A DNA stretch of 64,000 bases from Escherichia coli (GTDB lineage Bacteria > Pseudomonadota > Gammaproteobacteria > Enterobacterales > Enterobacteriaceae), in the NCBI RefSeq assembly GCF_003334815.1, contig NZ_QOWO01000002.1; one strand, 5' to 3'. A program made the translations under genes and the position numbers. Below, in pieces: positions 24,221-35,643 of this stretch. The notes under the pieces are model-generated. The model was not told where the DNA came from. It searched no databases and was given only the letters and a program-made list of their open reading frames with translations. How positions within the stretch are numbered: position 1 is the stretch's first letter; each line of letters starts with the position of its first letter.

Positions 24221-25546
24221 TTAAACCCGGCTACCCCACAAATCGTACTCATCGGCGTGCTCGACTTTCACACGCAGGATATCACCCGGCTTAACGTTGG
24301 TTTCACCATTGAGATAAACCGCGCCGTCGATTTCCGGTGCATCTGCCATGCTGCGACCAATCGCGCCTTCTTCGTCCACTTCGTCGATAATCACCAGAAT
24401 TTCACGGCCCACTTTCTCTTGCAGGCGCTCGGCGGAAATCTGCTGCTGCAGCTGCATGAAACGGTTCCAGCGTTCTTCTTTAACTTCTTCCGGAACCTGG
24501 TCAGGCAGGGCATTGGCGTCTGCACCTTCAACCGGGCTGTATTTAAAGCAGCCAACGCGATCCAGACGCGCTTCTTTCAGGAAGTCGAGTAGCATCTGGA
24601 AATCTTCTTCTGTCTCGCCAGGGAAGCCGACAATAAAGGTTGAGCGTAGGGTCAGTTCCGGGCAGATTTCGCGCCACTGTTTGATGCGCGCCAGTTGGCG
24701 ATCTACAGAACCCGGACGCTTCATCAGTTTGAGAATGCGCGGGCTGGCGTGCTGCAACGGAATGTCCAGATACGGCAGGATTTTGCCTTCTGCCATCAGT
24801 GGGATGACGTCGTCCACATGCGGATAAGGGTAAACGTAGTGCAGACGTGTCCAGATCCCCAGTTTCGATAACTGTTCGCACAGGCTGACCATGCTGGTTT
24901 TTACCGGCTCGCCGTTGTGGAAGCCAGTACGATGTTTAACATCAACGCCATAGGCGGAAGTATCCTGCGAGATCACCAGAATCTCTTTAACGCCCGCATC
25001 TACCAGACGTTTCGCTTCACTTAACACTTCGCCAATCGGACGGCTCACCAGGTCGCCGCGCATAGACGGAATAATGCAGAAGGTGCAGCGGTGATTACAG
25101 CCTTCAGAAATTTTCAGATAGGCATAATGACGCGGCGTCAGTTTCACACCTTGTTCTGGCACCAGGCTCAGGAATGGGTTGTGTTTCGGTTTTGGCACGT
25201 AGTGATGAACGTGCTCCAGAACCTGCTCATAGCTATGAGGCCCGGTGATTTCCAGCACTTTCGGGTGGACTTCGCGGATCTGATCTTCTTTTGCCCCCAG
25301 ACAACCGGTCACAATAACCTTGCCGTTTTCATTCAACGCTTCACCAATGGCTTCCAGTGATTCTTGTACCGCGCTGTCAATAAAGCCGCAGGTGTTGACG
25401 ATCACCATGTCCGCATCGTCATAGCTCGGTACCACGTCATAACCTTCAGTGCGGAGTTCGGTGAGAATACGCTCTGAATCAACAAGGTTTTTCGGACAGC
25501 CAAGGGAAACAAAGCCGATTTTCGGCTGGGGAGTTACTTTGCTCAT
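24221..25546 (-). CDS. rimO: ribosomal protein S12 methylthiotransferase RimO (radical SAM), 441 aa
   Basis: Track ORF; N-terminal MTTase cysteines and radical-SAM motif CNHRCTFC. Confidence 0.95.
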
Positions 25547-25758
25547 AGCTTAAAAAATATTCAGTTACAGGAAAGGTCAGGGCAGGGATTCTACAGAGTT
25601 CTGGATAAAATTTGTATCGCAATCTCATTCGCTGGCGGAGGCGAAGGAAATGTAAATTTTGTTAATTCGGCGTGAAGAATTGATCCTGGACAGCATTTTG
25701 CTCAAAAAATAGCCATACTATTTAATTGCAACAAGGCTGGGAAGAGGAGGATCGAAGT

Positions 25759-26142
25759 ATGTTCGTTGACAGACAGCGAATCGATCTGCTGAACCGGTTG
25801 ATCGACGCACGCGTTGACCTCGCCGCATACGTGCAACTGAGGAAGGCAAAAGGATACATGTCCGTCAGCGAAAGCAATCATCTACGAGATAACTTTTTTA
25901 AACTGAATCGCGAACTGCACGATAAATCGCTGCGGTTGAATCTTCATCTGGATCAGGAAGAGTGGAGTGCTCTTCATCATGCTGAAGAAGCATTAGCGAC
26001 AGCCGCAGTATGTTTGATGAGTGGGCACCATGATTGCCCGACTGTTATTACCGTCAACGCCGATAAGCTTGAAAATTGTCTGATGAGCTTAACGCTGAGT
26101 ATCCAGAGCCTGCAGAAGCACGCCATGCTTGAGAAGGCCTGA
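25759..26142 (+). CDS. bssR: biofilm regulator BssR (YliH), 127 aa
   Basis: In-frame ATG at 25759 (MFVDRQRIDLLNRL...) gives the recalled 127-aa protein; track ORF starts 11 codons upstream. Confidence 0.88.
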   Translation: MFVDRQRIDLLNRLIDARVDLAAYVQLRKAKGYMSVSESNHLRDNFFKLNRELHDKSLRLNLHLDQEEWSALHHAEEALATAAVCLMSGHHDCPTVITVNADKLENCLMSLTLSIQSLQKHAMLEKA

Positions 26143-26149
26143 AAACTAA

Positions 26150-26180
26150 GGGGGAGAAAGCGTCTCCCCCTTCATGTTTA
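26150..26180 (+). terminator. rho-independent terminator of bssR
   Basis: Hairpin gggggaga-aagcg-tctccccc followed by a T-rich tract. Confidence 0.75.
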
Positions 26181-26252
26181 AGTTTTTGTAAAAATGAATT
26201 TGTTATCTCCTCCACTGACTACGCTTTAAGCCAGAGTCAATCCGGAGGCGTT

Positions 26253-27368
26253 ATGCATCGACAATCCTTTTTCCTTGTGCCCCTTATTTGTCTTTCTTCC
26301 GCTCTCTGGGCGGCTCCTGCAACGGTAAATGTCGAAGTACTGCAAGACAAACTCGACCATCCCTGGGCACTGGCCTTTTTACCCGATAATCACGGTATGT
26401 TAATCACTCTGCGCGGCGGCGAGTTGCGTCACTGGCAAGCAGGAAAAGGATTATCTGCGCCGCTTTCCGGAGTTCCGGACGTTTGGGCGCACGGGCAGGG
26501 CGGCCTGCTGGACGTGGTTTTAGCGCCTGATTTTGCTCAGTCTCGCCGCATCTGGTTAAGTTATTCCGAAGTTGGCGATGATGGCAAAGCCGGAACTGCT
26601 GTGGGTTATGGCCGCTTAAGTGATGATCTCTCAAAAGTGACCGACTTCCGCACCGTCTTTCGCCAGATGCCAAAACTGTCTACCGGCAACCATTTTGGCG
26701 GGCGGCTGGTATTCGACGGTAAAGGTTATCTTTTTATTGCTCTGGGCGAAAACAATCAGCGCCCGACGGCGCAGGATCTGGATAAATTACAGGGCAAACT
26801 GGTGCGTCTGACCGACCAGGGCGAAATCCCGGATGATAATCCTTTTATAAAGGAATCCGGTGCGCGCGCCGAGATCTGGTCTTATGGCATTCGTAATCCG
26901 CAAGGAATGGCGATGAATCCGTGGAGTAATGCACTGTGGCTGAATGAACATGGCCCGCGCGGTGGTGATGAAATTAATATCCCGCAAAAAGGCAAAAACT
27001 ACGGCTGGCCGCTGGCAACCTGGGGAATCAACTATTCAGGCTTTAAGATACCGGAAGCGAAAGGGGAGATCGTCGCCGGGACCGAGCAACCTGTTTTTTA
27101 CTGGAAAGATTCGCCCGCTGTGAGCGGCATGGCCTTCTATAACAGCGATAAATTCCCCCAGTGGCAGCAAAAATTATTTATTGGCGCGCTGAAAGATAAA
27201 GATGTCATTGTGATGAGCGTCAACGGCGACAAAGTGACAGAAGATGGCCGTATTTTAACGGACAGAGGGCAGCGAATTCGTGATGTTCGCACTGGACCCG
27301 ACGGTTATTTATACGTTCTCACCGACGAGTCCAGTGGGGAATTACTTAAAGTTAGCCCACGCAATTAG
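26253..27368 (+). CDS. yliI: soluble aldose sugar dehydrogenase YliI (PQQ-dependent, beta-propeller), 371 aa
   Basis: Track ORF; signal peptide; length as recalled. Confidence 0.92.
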
Positions 27369-27991
27369 CTAACGGGAATCATCACCACTTTGCGCACTGC
27401 GGGGCGTTCAGTGAGTTGCTGATACCAGCGTTGCAGATTTGGACGCGGTGTCCAGGTCAGGCCAACGTTAAACAAATTGTAGATGAACGGTGCGATAGCG
27501 ATATCGCCCACACCAAACTCGTCGCCAGAGAACCATTTTACTTTTGCCAGTTCCGCATCGAGCAGGGCAAACAGGGCGTCGCACTCTTTGCAACTGGCAT
27601 CAATGGCGGCCTGATCGCGCTCTTCCGGTGGTGTTCTGACTAATCCCATCAGGATCCCGCGATGAGCATTACTGAGCGTCTGGTTTGCCCAGTCCATCCA
27701 TTTTTCCGCTTCCGCACGACGTGCCGGTGAGTCGATCCACAGGCGTTTTTGCCCGTACTGTGCCGCCAGATAGCGGACAATGGCGTTTGATTCCCAAAGA
27801 ATGAGATCACTTTCGTCGTCACGCAACAACGGCACCAGCCCGTTAGGGTTCATCGCCAGAAAATCAGCATCGTGATTTATCCCAAACTCACGGCCCGCGA
27901 GAATTTGCTCATAAGGTAGTTCCAGTTCTTCGAGCGTCAGCAATACTTTTTTTACGTTAGTTGAATTATTCCGACCCCACAGCGTAATCAT
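27365..27991 (-). CDS. gstB: glutathione S-transferase GstB (YliJ), 208 aa
   Basis: ATG at 27991 gives [15 protein letters not shown]; track ORF is 2 codons longer; stop overlaps the yliI stop. Confidence 0.92.
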
Positions 27992-28236
27992 ACTCACCCC
28001 TTTTCCGACAGGCAGCCACAGGCTGAACAGGACTCCGATGGTGAAGTAAAGTTAACTTTTAAGCAACAGCTGGCAAAAAAATGACACCAGAAGCAGCGAA
28101 GCGGCAGGATATTGCATAAACTTTAAAAACTTTACCAACTTACGGTTTCTTTAAGTTTGTGTGTGCGTTATTAATCACCAAACTTATCATACGGCGATAT
28201 AACGTATTTTTTTGAATGGATACTCGGGTGGCATTT

Positions 28237-29439
28237 ATGACGCAATACTCCTCTCTCCTTCGTGGTCTTGCAGCGGGTTCTGCATTTTTATTCCTTTTTG
28301 CCCCAACGGCATTCGCGGCGGAACAAACCGTTGAAGCGCCGAGCGTGGATGCGCGTGCATGGATTTTAATGGATTACGCCAGCGGTAAAGTGCTGGCAGA
28401 AGGCAATGCGGATGAGAAACTGGATCCCGCGAGCCTGACTAAAATCATGACCAGCTATGTGGTTGGGCAGGCGCTTAAGGCCGATAAGATTAAACTCACC
28501 GATATGGTGACGGTCGGTAAAGATGCCTGGGCGACGGGAAATCCGGCACTGCGTGGTTCATCGGTAATGTTCCTCAAACCGGGCGATCAGGTTTCGGTGG
28601 CAGACTTGAACAAAGGTGTGATTATCCAGTCCGGTAATGACGCCTGTATTGCGCTGGCTGATTACGTTGCCGGGAGCCAGGAGTCATTTATTGGTCTGAT
28701 GAATGGTTATGCCAAAAAACTGGGTCTGACCAACACTACCTTCCAGACGGTGCACGGCCTGGATGCGCCGGGGCAGTTCAGCACCGCGCGCGATATGGCA
28801 TTGCTGGGTAAAGCATTGATCCACGATGTGCCGGAAGAGTACGCCATTCATAAAGAGAAAGAGTTCACCTTCAACAAAATTCGTCAGCCTAACCGTAACC
28901 GTCTGCTGTGGAGCAGCAATCTGAATGTTGATGGCATGAAGACAGGAACCACGGCAGGCGCGGGATATAATCTGGTTGCTTCGGCTACCCAGGGCGATAT
29001 GCGTTTAATCTCCGTAGTGTTGGGGGCGAAAACCGACCGTATCCGTTTTAATGAGTCTGAGAAATTATTGACCTGGGGTTTCCGCTTCTTTGAAACCGTG
29101 ACGCCAATTAAACCTGATGCCACCTTTGTGACTCAGCGCGTCTGGTTTGGTGATAAGAGCGAAGTGAATCTCGGGGCAGGTGAAGCGGGCTCAGTGACCA
29201 TACCGCGTGGGCAGCTGAAAAACCTGAAAGCGAGTTATACGTTAACGGAACCGCAGCTTACCGCACCGCTGAAAAAAGGTCAGGTTGTCGGGACCATTGA
29301 TTTCCAGCTTAACGGTAAATCCATTGAGCAGCGTCCGCTGATCGTGATGGAAAATGTGGAAGAGGGCGGATTCTTTGGTCGGGTGTGGGATTTCGTGATG
29401 ATGAAATTCCATCAGTGGTTCGGCAGCTGGTTCTCTTAA
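28237..29439 (+). CDS. dacC: D-alanyl-D-alanine carboxypeptidase DacC (PBP6), 400 aa
   Basis: ATG at 28237 gives [27 protein letters not shown] signal peptide; SxxK (SLTK), SGN and KTG motifs present. Confidence 0.93.
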   Translation: MTQYSSLLRGLAAGSAFLFLFAPTAFAAEQTVEAPSVDARAWILMDYASGKVLAEGNADEKLDPASLTKIMTSYVVGQALKADKIKLTDMVTVGKDAWATGNPALRGSSVMFLKPGDQVSVADLNKGVIIQSGNDACIALADYVAGSQESFIGLMNGYAKKLGLTNTTFQTVHGLDAPGQFSTARDMALLGKALIHDVPEEYAIHKEKEFTFNKIRQPNRNRLLWSSNLNVDGMKTGTTAGAGYNLVASATQGDMRLISVVLGAKTDRIRFNESEKLLTWGFRFFETVTPIKPDATFVTQRVWFGDKSEVNLGAGEAGSVTIPRGQLKNLKASYTLTEPQLTAPLKKGQVVGTIDFQLNGKSIEQRPLIVMENVEEGGFFGRVWDFVMMKFHQWFGSWFS

Positions 29440-29446
29440 TCTTCTG

Positions 29447-29479
29447 ATAACCGGATGGCGCGAAACGTCATCCGGTTAT
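29447..29479. terminator. hairpin between convergent dacC and deoR (probable bidirectional terminator)
   Basis: 11-bp stem ataaccggatg / catccggttat; no clean U-tract on either side. Confidence 0.45.
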
Positions 29480-29485
29480 ACGTCA

Positions 29486-30244
29486 TTAATACATCAACTT
29501 AATGCGCTGCGTCTGCGCGTACTTCACATACTCATCTTCCGGGCAACAATCGCTCACCACAATATCAAAGCGTTTCAGGTCACCCATGCGCGCCGGACGC
29601 ACCTTGCCAAATTTACTGTGGTCGACAACCAGCACATGCTTTTGCGCCATCGACATGGCCCAGTGTTTTACCGGCAACTCTTCAAGATTAAAACAGGTAG
29701 CGCCTTTACTGACATGCACGCCCGCCGCAGAATAAAAAGCGATATCCGGGCAAAAATTATTCAGCGTTTGCTGAAAATCGATGGGTTTGAAAATGGCGTT
29801 GCTGGCGTGAAATTCACCACCGCAAAGAAACGCGCGGCAATGGGGTTTCTCTTTCAGCGCCAGAAAGGTATTTAGCGAATAACAAACGGCGGTAAAAGGG
29901 ATTTCATTATCAATCGCTTCAATAATCCACGGCGTGGTGGTGCCACAGTCAAAAAAGAGGGTCTGATCGGGTTCTACCAGCGTCGCAGCCAGTTTTGCCG
30001 CCCGGCGTTTTTCTTCCACCAGGCGGGATTTTTGATCGCTTAACAGGTAATGGCTGGCACTGCGCGGTTCCAGAACAATATAGCCGCCGAGCAAAACGAC
30101 GGGCGCACTGTGGTTGTTCAGATCGCGACGAATCGTCATCTCCGAAACCCCAAGCAGGGCGGCGGCGTCTTTAAGATGTAACTTATCGCTGCGTTTTAAT
30201 TCTTGCAGCAGCTGCCCGATACGCTCTTCGCGACGTGTTTCCAT
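29486..30244 (-). CDS. deoR: DeoR transcriptional repressor (deoxyribose operon), 252 aa
   Basis: Track ORF; N-terminal HTH and C-terminal DeoR sugar-binding domain. Confidence 0.93.
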   Translation of the reverse strand: METRREERIGQLLQELKRSDKLHLKDAAALLGVSEMTIRRDLNNHSAPVVLLGGYIVLEPRSASHYLLSDQKSRLVEEKRRAAKLAATLVEPDQTLFFDCGTTTPWIIEAIDNEIPFTAVCYSLNTFLALKEKPHCRAFLCGGEFHASNAIFKPIDFQQTLNNFCPDIAFYSAAGVHVSKGATCFNLEELPVKHWAMSMAQKHVLVVDHSKFGKVRPARMGDLKRFDIVVSDCCPEDEYVKYAQTQRIKLMY

Positions 30245-30301
30245 AATCCCTCTGAATAGTTATTGAAGCGAGCCGCTCAATACTACACTTTTTAGCAGAG
30301 A

Positions 30302-30898
30302 TCAGTCACGCACCCAGCCTTTGCGGATCGGTAATGCAAAACAGACGCGATACCACGATTGCAGACGTTGATAGAGTTTATGCCCCATCGCTTGCCAGAT
30401 AATCTGGGCACTAAGGCAGCCAATCATACCTGCCAGCAATCCACCGAGCATATCCAGCGGCCAGTGGACGCCAAGATAAACGCGCGACCAGGCAATGACG
30501 ACGGCCAGCACCATTAAAAGTGAGCCGGACCACAGGCGATGCCAGCATAAAAATGCCAGTGCAAAGGTGAAAATCACCGTACCGTGATCGCTTGGGAATG
30601 AGTCATCCGCCGCATGATGCAGGAAGTTATAGCCGATATTTTCGACAAAGGGTCGGTCGTGCGGAAAAAGATGTCCCATCGTCCAGGACACAAACAGGCT
30701 GACCGCCAGCGCGATAGCGATTTTTATCACCAGTTGCCGTTGTGCTGTAAGCCCCCACAACCAAAGTACCACGGCCAGCAACGGCACCACGGTAATCAAA
30801 TCTTTAGCAATAAAAATCGCCAACGAGATCATCCACGGAGCCGAGTCTGGCGTCGCGTTAATAAGAGAGAATAGAGAGAGATTCAAATTTTCCAGCAT
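30302..30898 (-). CDS. ybjG: undecaprenyl-pyrophosphate phosphatase YbjG (PAP2 family), 198 aa
   Basis: ATG at 30898 gives MLENLNLSLFSLINATPDSAPWMI; PAP2 motifs; track ORF is 5 codons longer. Confidence 0.9.
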   Translation of the reverse strand: MLENLNLSLFSLINATPDSAPWMISLAIFIAKDLITVVPLLAVVLWLWGLTAQRQLVIKIAIALAVSLFVSWTMGHLFPHDRPFVENIGYNFLHHAADDSFPSDHGTVIFTFALAFLCWHRLWSGSLLMVLAVVIAWSRVYLGVHWPLDMLGGLLAGMIGCLSAQIIWQAMGHKLYQRLQSWYRVCFALPIRKGWVRD

Positions 30899-31182
30899 AA
30901 CTTCCCGACGCAAAGTGATTAAAAGGGAGCCAATACAGGCAAGTCGTTGAGAATAAAGTGCAGGTTAAACTGGGTAAAGCGGCATCGTCTTATTTCCCTC
31001 AAGCGGCCTGTTTACGGTGGGTGATTGTAACGGGCATAGGTTAAATAAAACTTAAAGAAAGCGTAGCTATACTCGTAATAATGTAAGAATGTGCTTAACC
31101 GTGGTTTCAGCTACAAAATTCGCTTTCTCGTTAGCTGCGCTTTTATTAAACTCTGCGCGATTATTATTGGCGAAGAAATTGC

Positions 31183-32415
31183 ATGCAAAATAAATTAGCT
31201 TCCGGTGCCAGGCTTGGACGTCAGGCGTTACTTTTCCCTCTCTGTCTGGTGCTTTACGAATTTTCAACCTATATCGGCAACGATATGATTCAACCCGGTA
31301 TGTTGGCCGTGGTGGAACAATATCAGGCGGGCATTGATTGGGTTCCTACTTCGATGACCGCGTATCTGGCGGGCGGGATGTTTTTACAATGGCTGCTGGG
31401 GCCGCTGTCGGATCGTATTGGTCGCCGTCCGGTGATGCTGGCGGGAGTGGTGTGGTTTATCGTCACCTGTCTGGCAATATTGCTGGCGCAAAACATTGAA
31501 CAATTCACCCTGTTGCGCTTCTTGCAGGGCATAAGCCTCTGTTTCATTGGCGCTGTGGGATACGCCGCAATTCAGGAATCCTTCGAAGAGGCGGTTTGTA
31601 TCAAGATCACCGCGCTGATGGCGAACGTGGCGCTGATTGCTCCGCTACTTGGTCCGCTGGTGGGCGCGGCGTGGATCCATGTGCTGCCCTGGGAGGGGAT
31701 GTTTGTTTTGTTTGCCGCATTGGCAGCGATCTCCTTTTTCGGTCTGCAACGAGCCATGCCTGAAACCGCCACGCGTATAGGCGAGAAACTGTCACTGAAA
31801 GAACTCGGTCGTGACTATAAGCTGGTGCTGAAGAACGGCCGCTTTGTGGCGGGGGCGCTGGCGCTGGGATTCGTTAGTCTGCCGTTGCTGGCGTGGATCG
31901 CCCAGTCGCCGATTATCATCATTACCGGCGAGCAGTTGAGCAGCTATGAATATGGCTTGCTGCAAGTGCCTATTTTCGGGGCGTTAATTGCGGGTAACTT
32001 GCTGTTAGCGCGTCTGACCTCGCGCCGCACCGTACGTTCGCTGATTATTATGGGCGGCTGGCCGATTATGATTGGTCTATTGGTCGCTGCTGCGGCAACG
32101 GTTATCTCATCGCACGCGTATTTATGGATGACTGCCGGGTTAAGTATTTATGCTTTCGGTATTGGTCTGGCGAATGCGGGACTGGTGCGATTAACCCTGT
32201 TTGCCAGCGATATGAGTAAAGGTACGGTTTCTGCCGCGATGGGAATGCTGCAAATGCTGATCTTTACCGTTGGTATTGAAATCAGCAAACATGCCTGGCT
32301 GAACGGGGGCAACGGACTGTTTAATCTCTTCAACCTTGTCAACGGAATTTTGTGGCTGTCGCTGATGGTTATCTTTTTAAAAGATAAACAGATGGGAAAT
32401 TCTCACGAAGGGTAA
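31183..32415 (+). CDS. mdfA: multidrug efflux MFS transporter MdfA (Cmr), 410 aa
   Basis: Track ORF; 12-TM MFS protein; length as recalled. Confidence 0.95.
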
Positions 32416-32455
32416 AAAAATGCCTGACTGCTTTGTGCGATCAGGCATTCTCGAA

Positions 32456-32740
32456 TTAATGGTGATGGTCGTCAATCTGGTGTTCGATAACCATCCCTTC
32501 ACCTACGCTGGCAAGATGGCGAACATAAGGATGCGGGCGGTAAGCCGGAGCTGGCGCAGGAGCCACATAGACGGTTTGCGGCACAGTCGCGACGCTGACC
32601 GCTTGTGGAACGCTGACTGAATCAGGAACCACAACCACTTTGTATCCACTCGGCACATCGACGGTGACACTTTGCGCCATCGCCACACCAGTAAAGCCCA
32701 TTAAAAGCGCGCCCAACAGTAGACAATTTTTCATAATCAT
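32456..32740 (-). CDS. ybjH: secreted small protein YbjH, 94 aa
   Basis: Track ORF; signal peptide MIMKNCLLLGALLMGFTGVAMA. Confidence 0.85.
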   Translation of the reverse strand: MIMKNCLLLGALLMGFTGVAMAQSVTVDVPSGYKVVVVPDSVSVPQAVSVATVPQTVYVAPAPAPAYRPHPYVRHLASVGEGMVIEHQIDDHHH

Positions 32741-32825
32741 TTCGCCTGAAATAATGCAGCGGGTTAATTTCCGCGAATTATGCAGCCTTCATTCAGGCAT
32801 TGTGTTGCCGGGCGTGCTGCCGGTT

Positions 32826-33641
32826 TTATTGGTCAAATGGCGCTTCGTGTTTAAGAACTTTATCGATCACATCCAGTACGCCTTCACGGTTATTGGAGCC
32901 TGCGCGGTATTTTGCCGCTGCGACGACCGCGCTACCGGCATTTTCCATTGCAAAACTAAAGCCTGCCTGACGCAGCATCTCAATATCGTTACCGCCATCG
33001 CCAAAGACCACCACTTCGCTGTCGTCTATTCCCCATAATTTCTGCAGTTGGCGAAGGCCATTGGCTTTATGTACGCCGGGGATAATCAGATCGATGCTGC
33101 CGTTGCCGGTGTGGACCGACACCATAATATCGCCGATGGCCTCATGTAATGCTTTTTGTACTTGTGGAATCAGTTCATCGGAAAGATTCAGGCCAAACTT
33201 AAAGAAGATATCCTCTAAGTTGTCAAAGTTATCGACGTATTCCAGACGGTGATAATACATTTCCGCCACCGTTTTCATGGCATCGTCATATTTTTTGAGT
33301 GTATAGGCACTATTTTTTCCGCAGGCAATAATTTCCACTTCCGGGCGCGTCAGCAAATGTTCCACGACAGTAGCAAACGCATCCTTCGATAGCTCGCCAT
33401 TAAAAACATCTTTGCCTTCGCTCACTACCCAGCCGCCGTTTTCAGCCACAAAGGCAATTTCATTAGCAATTTCAGGGAAGAAAGAGATCAACTGATAATA
33501 TTGATTCCCGCTGGCGACTACAAAGCGAATTCCTTGTGCTTTCATTTGCTGATACTGAGCCATAAACCGCTCACGGTTATAGGTTTTTTGATCGCTTAAG
33601 AAAGTACCATCCATGTCTACCGCAATTAATTTAATGCTCAT
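32826..33641 (-). CDS. ybjI: HAD-family FMN / sugar phosphatase YbjI (Cof-type), 271 aa
   Basis: ATG at 33641 gives [15 protein letters not shown]; paralogue of ybiV (same DMDGTFL motif and 271-aa length). Confidence 0.92.
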   Translation of the reverse strand: MSIKLIAVDMDGTFLSDQKTYNRERFMAQYQQMKAQGIRFVVASGNQYYQLISFFPEIANEIAFVAENGGWVVSEGKDVFNGELSKDAFATVVEHLLTRPEVEIIACGKNSAYTLKKYDDAMKTVAEMYYHRLEYVDNFDNLEDIFFKFGLNLSDELIPQVQKALHEAIGDIMVSVHTGNGSIDLIIPGVHKANGLRQLQKLWGIDDSEVVVFGDGGNDIEMLRQAGFSFAMENAGSAVVAAAKYRAGSNNREGVLDVIDKVLKHEAPFDQ

Positions 33642-34849
33642 CAACTATTCTCCATCGCCGTCTGCGTTTTGGTATCGGGTTTGGCGACGGCTTTCGCGAC
33701 AATAGCCGCGAGAATAACCAGCGCCAGTACAACCAGCATTGCACTACGTAATCCATAATGTTCGCCGAGATAGCCCAGCAGCGGCGGCCCGACGAGGAAA
33801 GCCAGATAACCGGTCGTTGCTACCACACTGACGCGGGTTGGTGCATCGGGGCCGGTATCGCTGGCGGCAGAAATGGTCAGCGGGAAGCCCAGCGAGGCAC
33901 CCAGTCCCCAGAGTACAACAGACACCCCAGCGACCCAGGCGCTATCGACAAAAATAATCAGCCCAATACCCAACGCCCCCATTAGTGCACTGGCCCGAAC
34001 CACGGCAACGCGACTGTAACGGTCGATGAACCAACCGCCGGTGAAGCGTCCAACGGTCATCCCCAGGGTAAAACCGGCATAAATCAGCGAGCCGGAAGTA
34101 GGGCTAAAACCGTGACCGTCAACCATTAATAAGGGTAACCAGTCGTTGGCAGAACCTTCGGCAAAGGCCATCGCCAGCACCACAACACCTATCAGCAGCA
34201 ACTGGATATCGCGATAAAAAGGTACGCCTTTTTCGCCATGCTGGGTGCCATCGGCAGCATTTTTGCCCGTACCGTCAGGGATTGCCTGAATGGCGATATA
34301 AATAGGTGCGATACCTACCAGCGCCGCCAATAAAATGTGCACCGTTGCCGGAACGCCAAAGGCCGTCAGTGCCATCCCGACACCTGCGCCTGCCAGCGTG
34401 CCCAGGCTATAAAAACCGTGCATCATCGGCAAAACCGTCTTATTCATTTCTCGCTCAACGGCAGCACCTTCAACGTTTATCGCCACTTCCGCAGAACCAA
34501 AACTTGCCCCAAAGACGCCGAGACCAACGGCAAAGAGCAGGGGCGATGTCAGCCAGAGTGCCAGACTTAATATCATCATCCCGATCAATGCGCAGGACAT
34601 CGTGACCAGGATGACATTACGTGTCCCAAAGCGTTTCACTAACCACGCCGAGCAGAGAATACCGCTCATCGAACCGATCGACAGACCAAAGAGAACACCG
34701 CCCATTTCAGCGATCGAGACAGAGAGAATATCGCGGATAGCAGGCGTACGGGTTGCCCAGGACGCCATTAACAGGCCTGGCAAAAAGAAGAACATAAACA
34801 GCGCCCAGGTTCGGCGTTTCAATGCATTACGTGAAGAATTTACGGTCAT
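33641..34849 (-). CDS. ybjJ: MFS transporter YbjJ, 402 aa
   Basis: Track ORF; 12-TM MFS; stop overlaps the ybjI start by 1 nt. Confidence 0.92.
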
Positions 34850-34932
34850 AGATCACGTCAAAATAAGAAGAGGGAAGACAACATTAGCAAGGTTGTGTAC
34901 ATTTGTACACAATTGCAGAGAGAGGAAATGAC

Positions 34933-35469
34933 ATGCGTCGCGCTAACGATCCGCAACGGCGAGAAAAAATTATCCAGGCCACGCTGGAGGCGGTGAAACT
35001 TTACGGAATACATGCTGTTACGCACCGCAAAATTGCTACCCTTGCCGGGGTACCGTTGGGATCGATGACCTACTATTTTTCAGGAATTGATGAGTTGTTA
35101 CTGGAGGCGTTCAGCAGTTTTACTGAGATCATGTCCCGGCAATATCAGGCATTTTTTAGCGATGTTAGTGATGCTCCGGGCGCATGCCAGGCTATCACCG
35201 ATATGATCTACAGCTCACAGGTTGCAACGCCGGATAACATGGAGCTGATGTACCAGCTCTACGCGCTGGCTAGCCGAAAACCGCTATTAAAAACGGTAAT
35301 GCAAAACTGGATGCAGCGCAGTCAGCAAACGCTCGAACAATGGTTTGAACCCGGAACCGCCCGCGCGCTTGATGCGTTTATTGAGGGGATGACGCTGCAT
35401 TTTGTCACCGACCGTAAGCCGCTATCGCGCGAGGAGATTTTGAGGATGGTTGAGAGGGTTGCAGGGTAG
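34933..35469 (+). CDS. rcdA: TetR-family regulator RcdA (YbjK), 178 aa
   Basis: ATG at 34933 gives [21 protein letters not shown]; track ORF starts 10 codons upstream. Confidence 0.9.
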
Positions 35470-35488
35470 TAGATAAGTTTTAGATAAC

Positions 35489-35567
35489 AAAAAACCCATC
35501 AACCTTGAACCGAAATGGCGGGGTTGATGGGCTCCACAAAATGGGGACATCAAAGAAAAGCAGTGGC
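35489..35567 (-). ncRNA. rybB: sigma-E-dependent small RNA RybB (about 79 nt)
   Basis: Minus strand reads GCCACTGCTTTTCTTTGATGTCCCCATTTTGTGGAGCCCATCAACCCCGCCATTTCGGTTCAAGGTTGATGGGTTTTTT, matching RybB as I recall it, with its terminator hairpin and U-tail; lies between rcdA and ybjL. Confidence 0.85.
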
Positions 35568-35573
35568 ACTAAT

Positions 35574-35601
35574 TAAGACTGATGCCCTGCGGAAAAGTTC
35601 T
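35574..35601 (-). promoter_or_regulatory. sigma-E promoter of rybB
   Basis: GAACTT about -33..-28 and TCTTA about -11..-7 relative to the RybB 5' end, fitting the sigma-E consensus GGAACTT-N16-TCTGA. Confidence 0.65.
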
Positions 35602-35643
35602 GCGGTTGTGCAAAAAAATTTCATTTTCAGGGCAACTTCAGTT

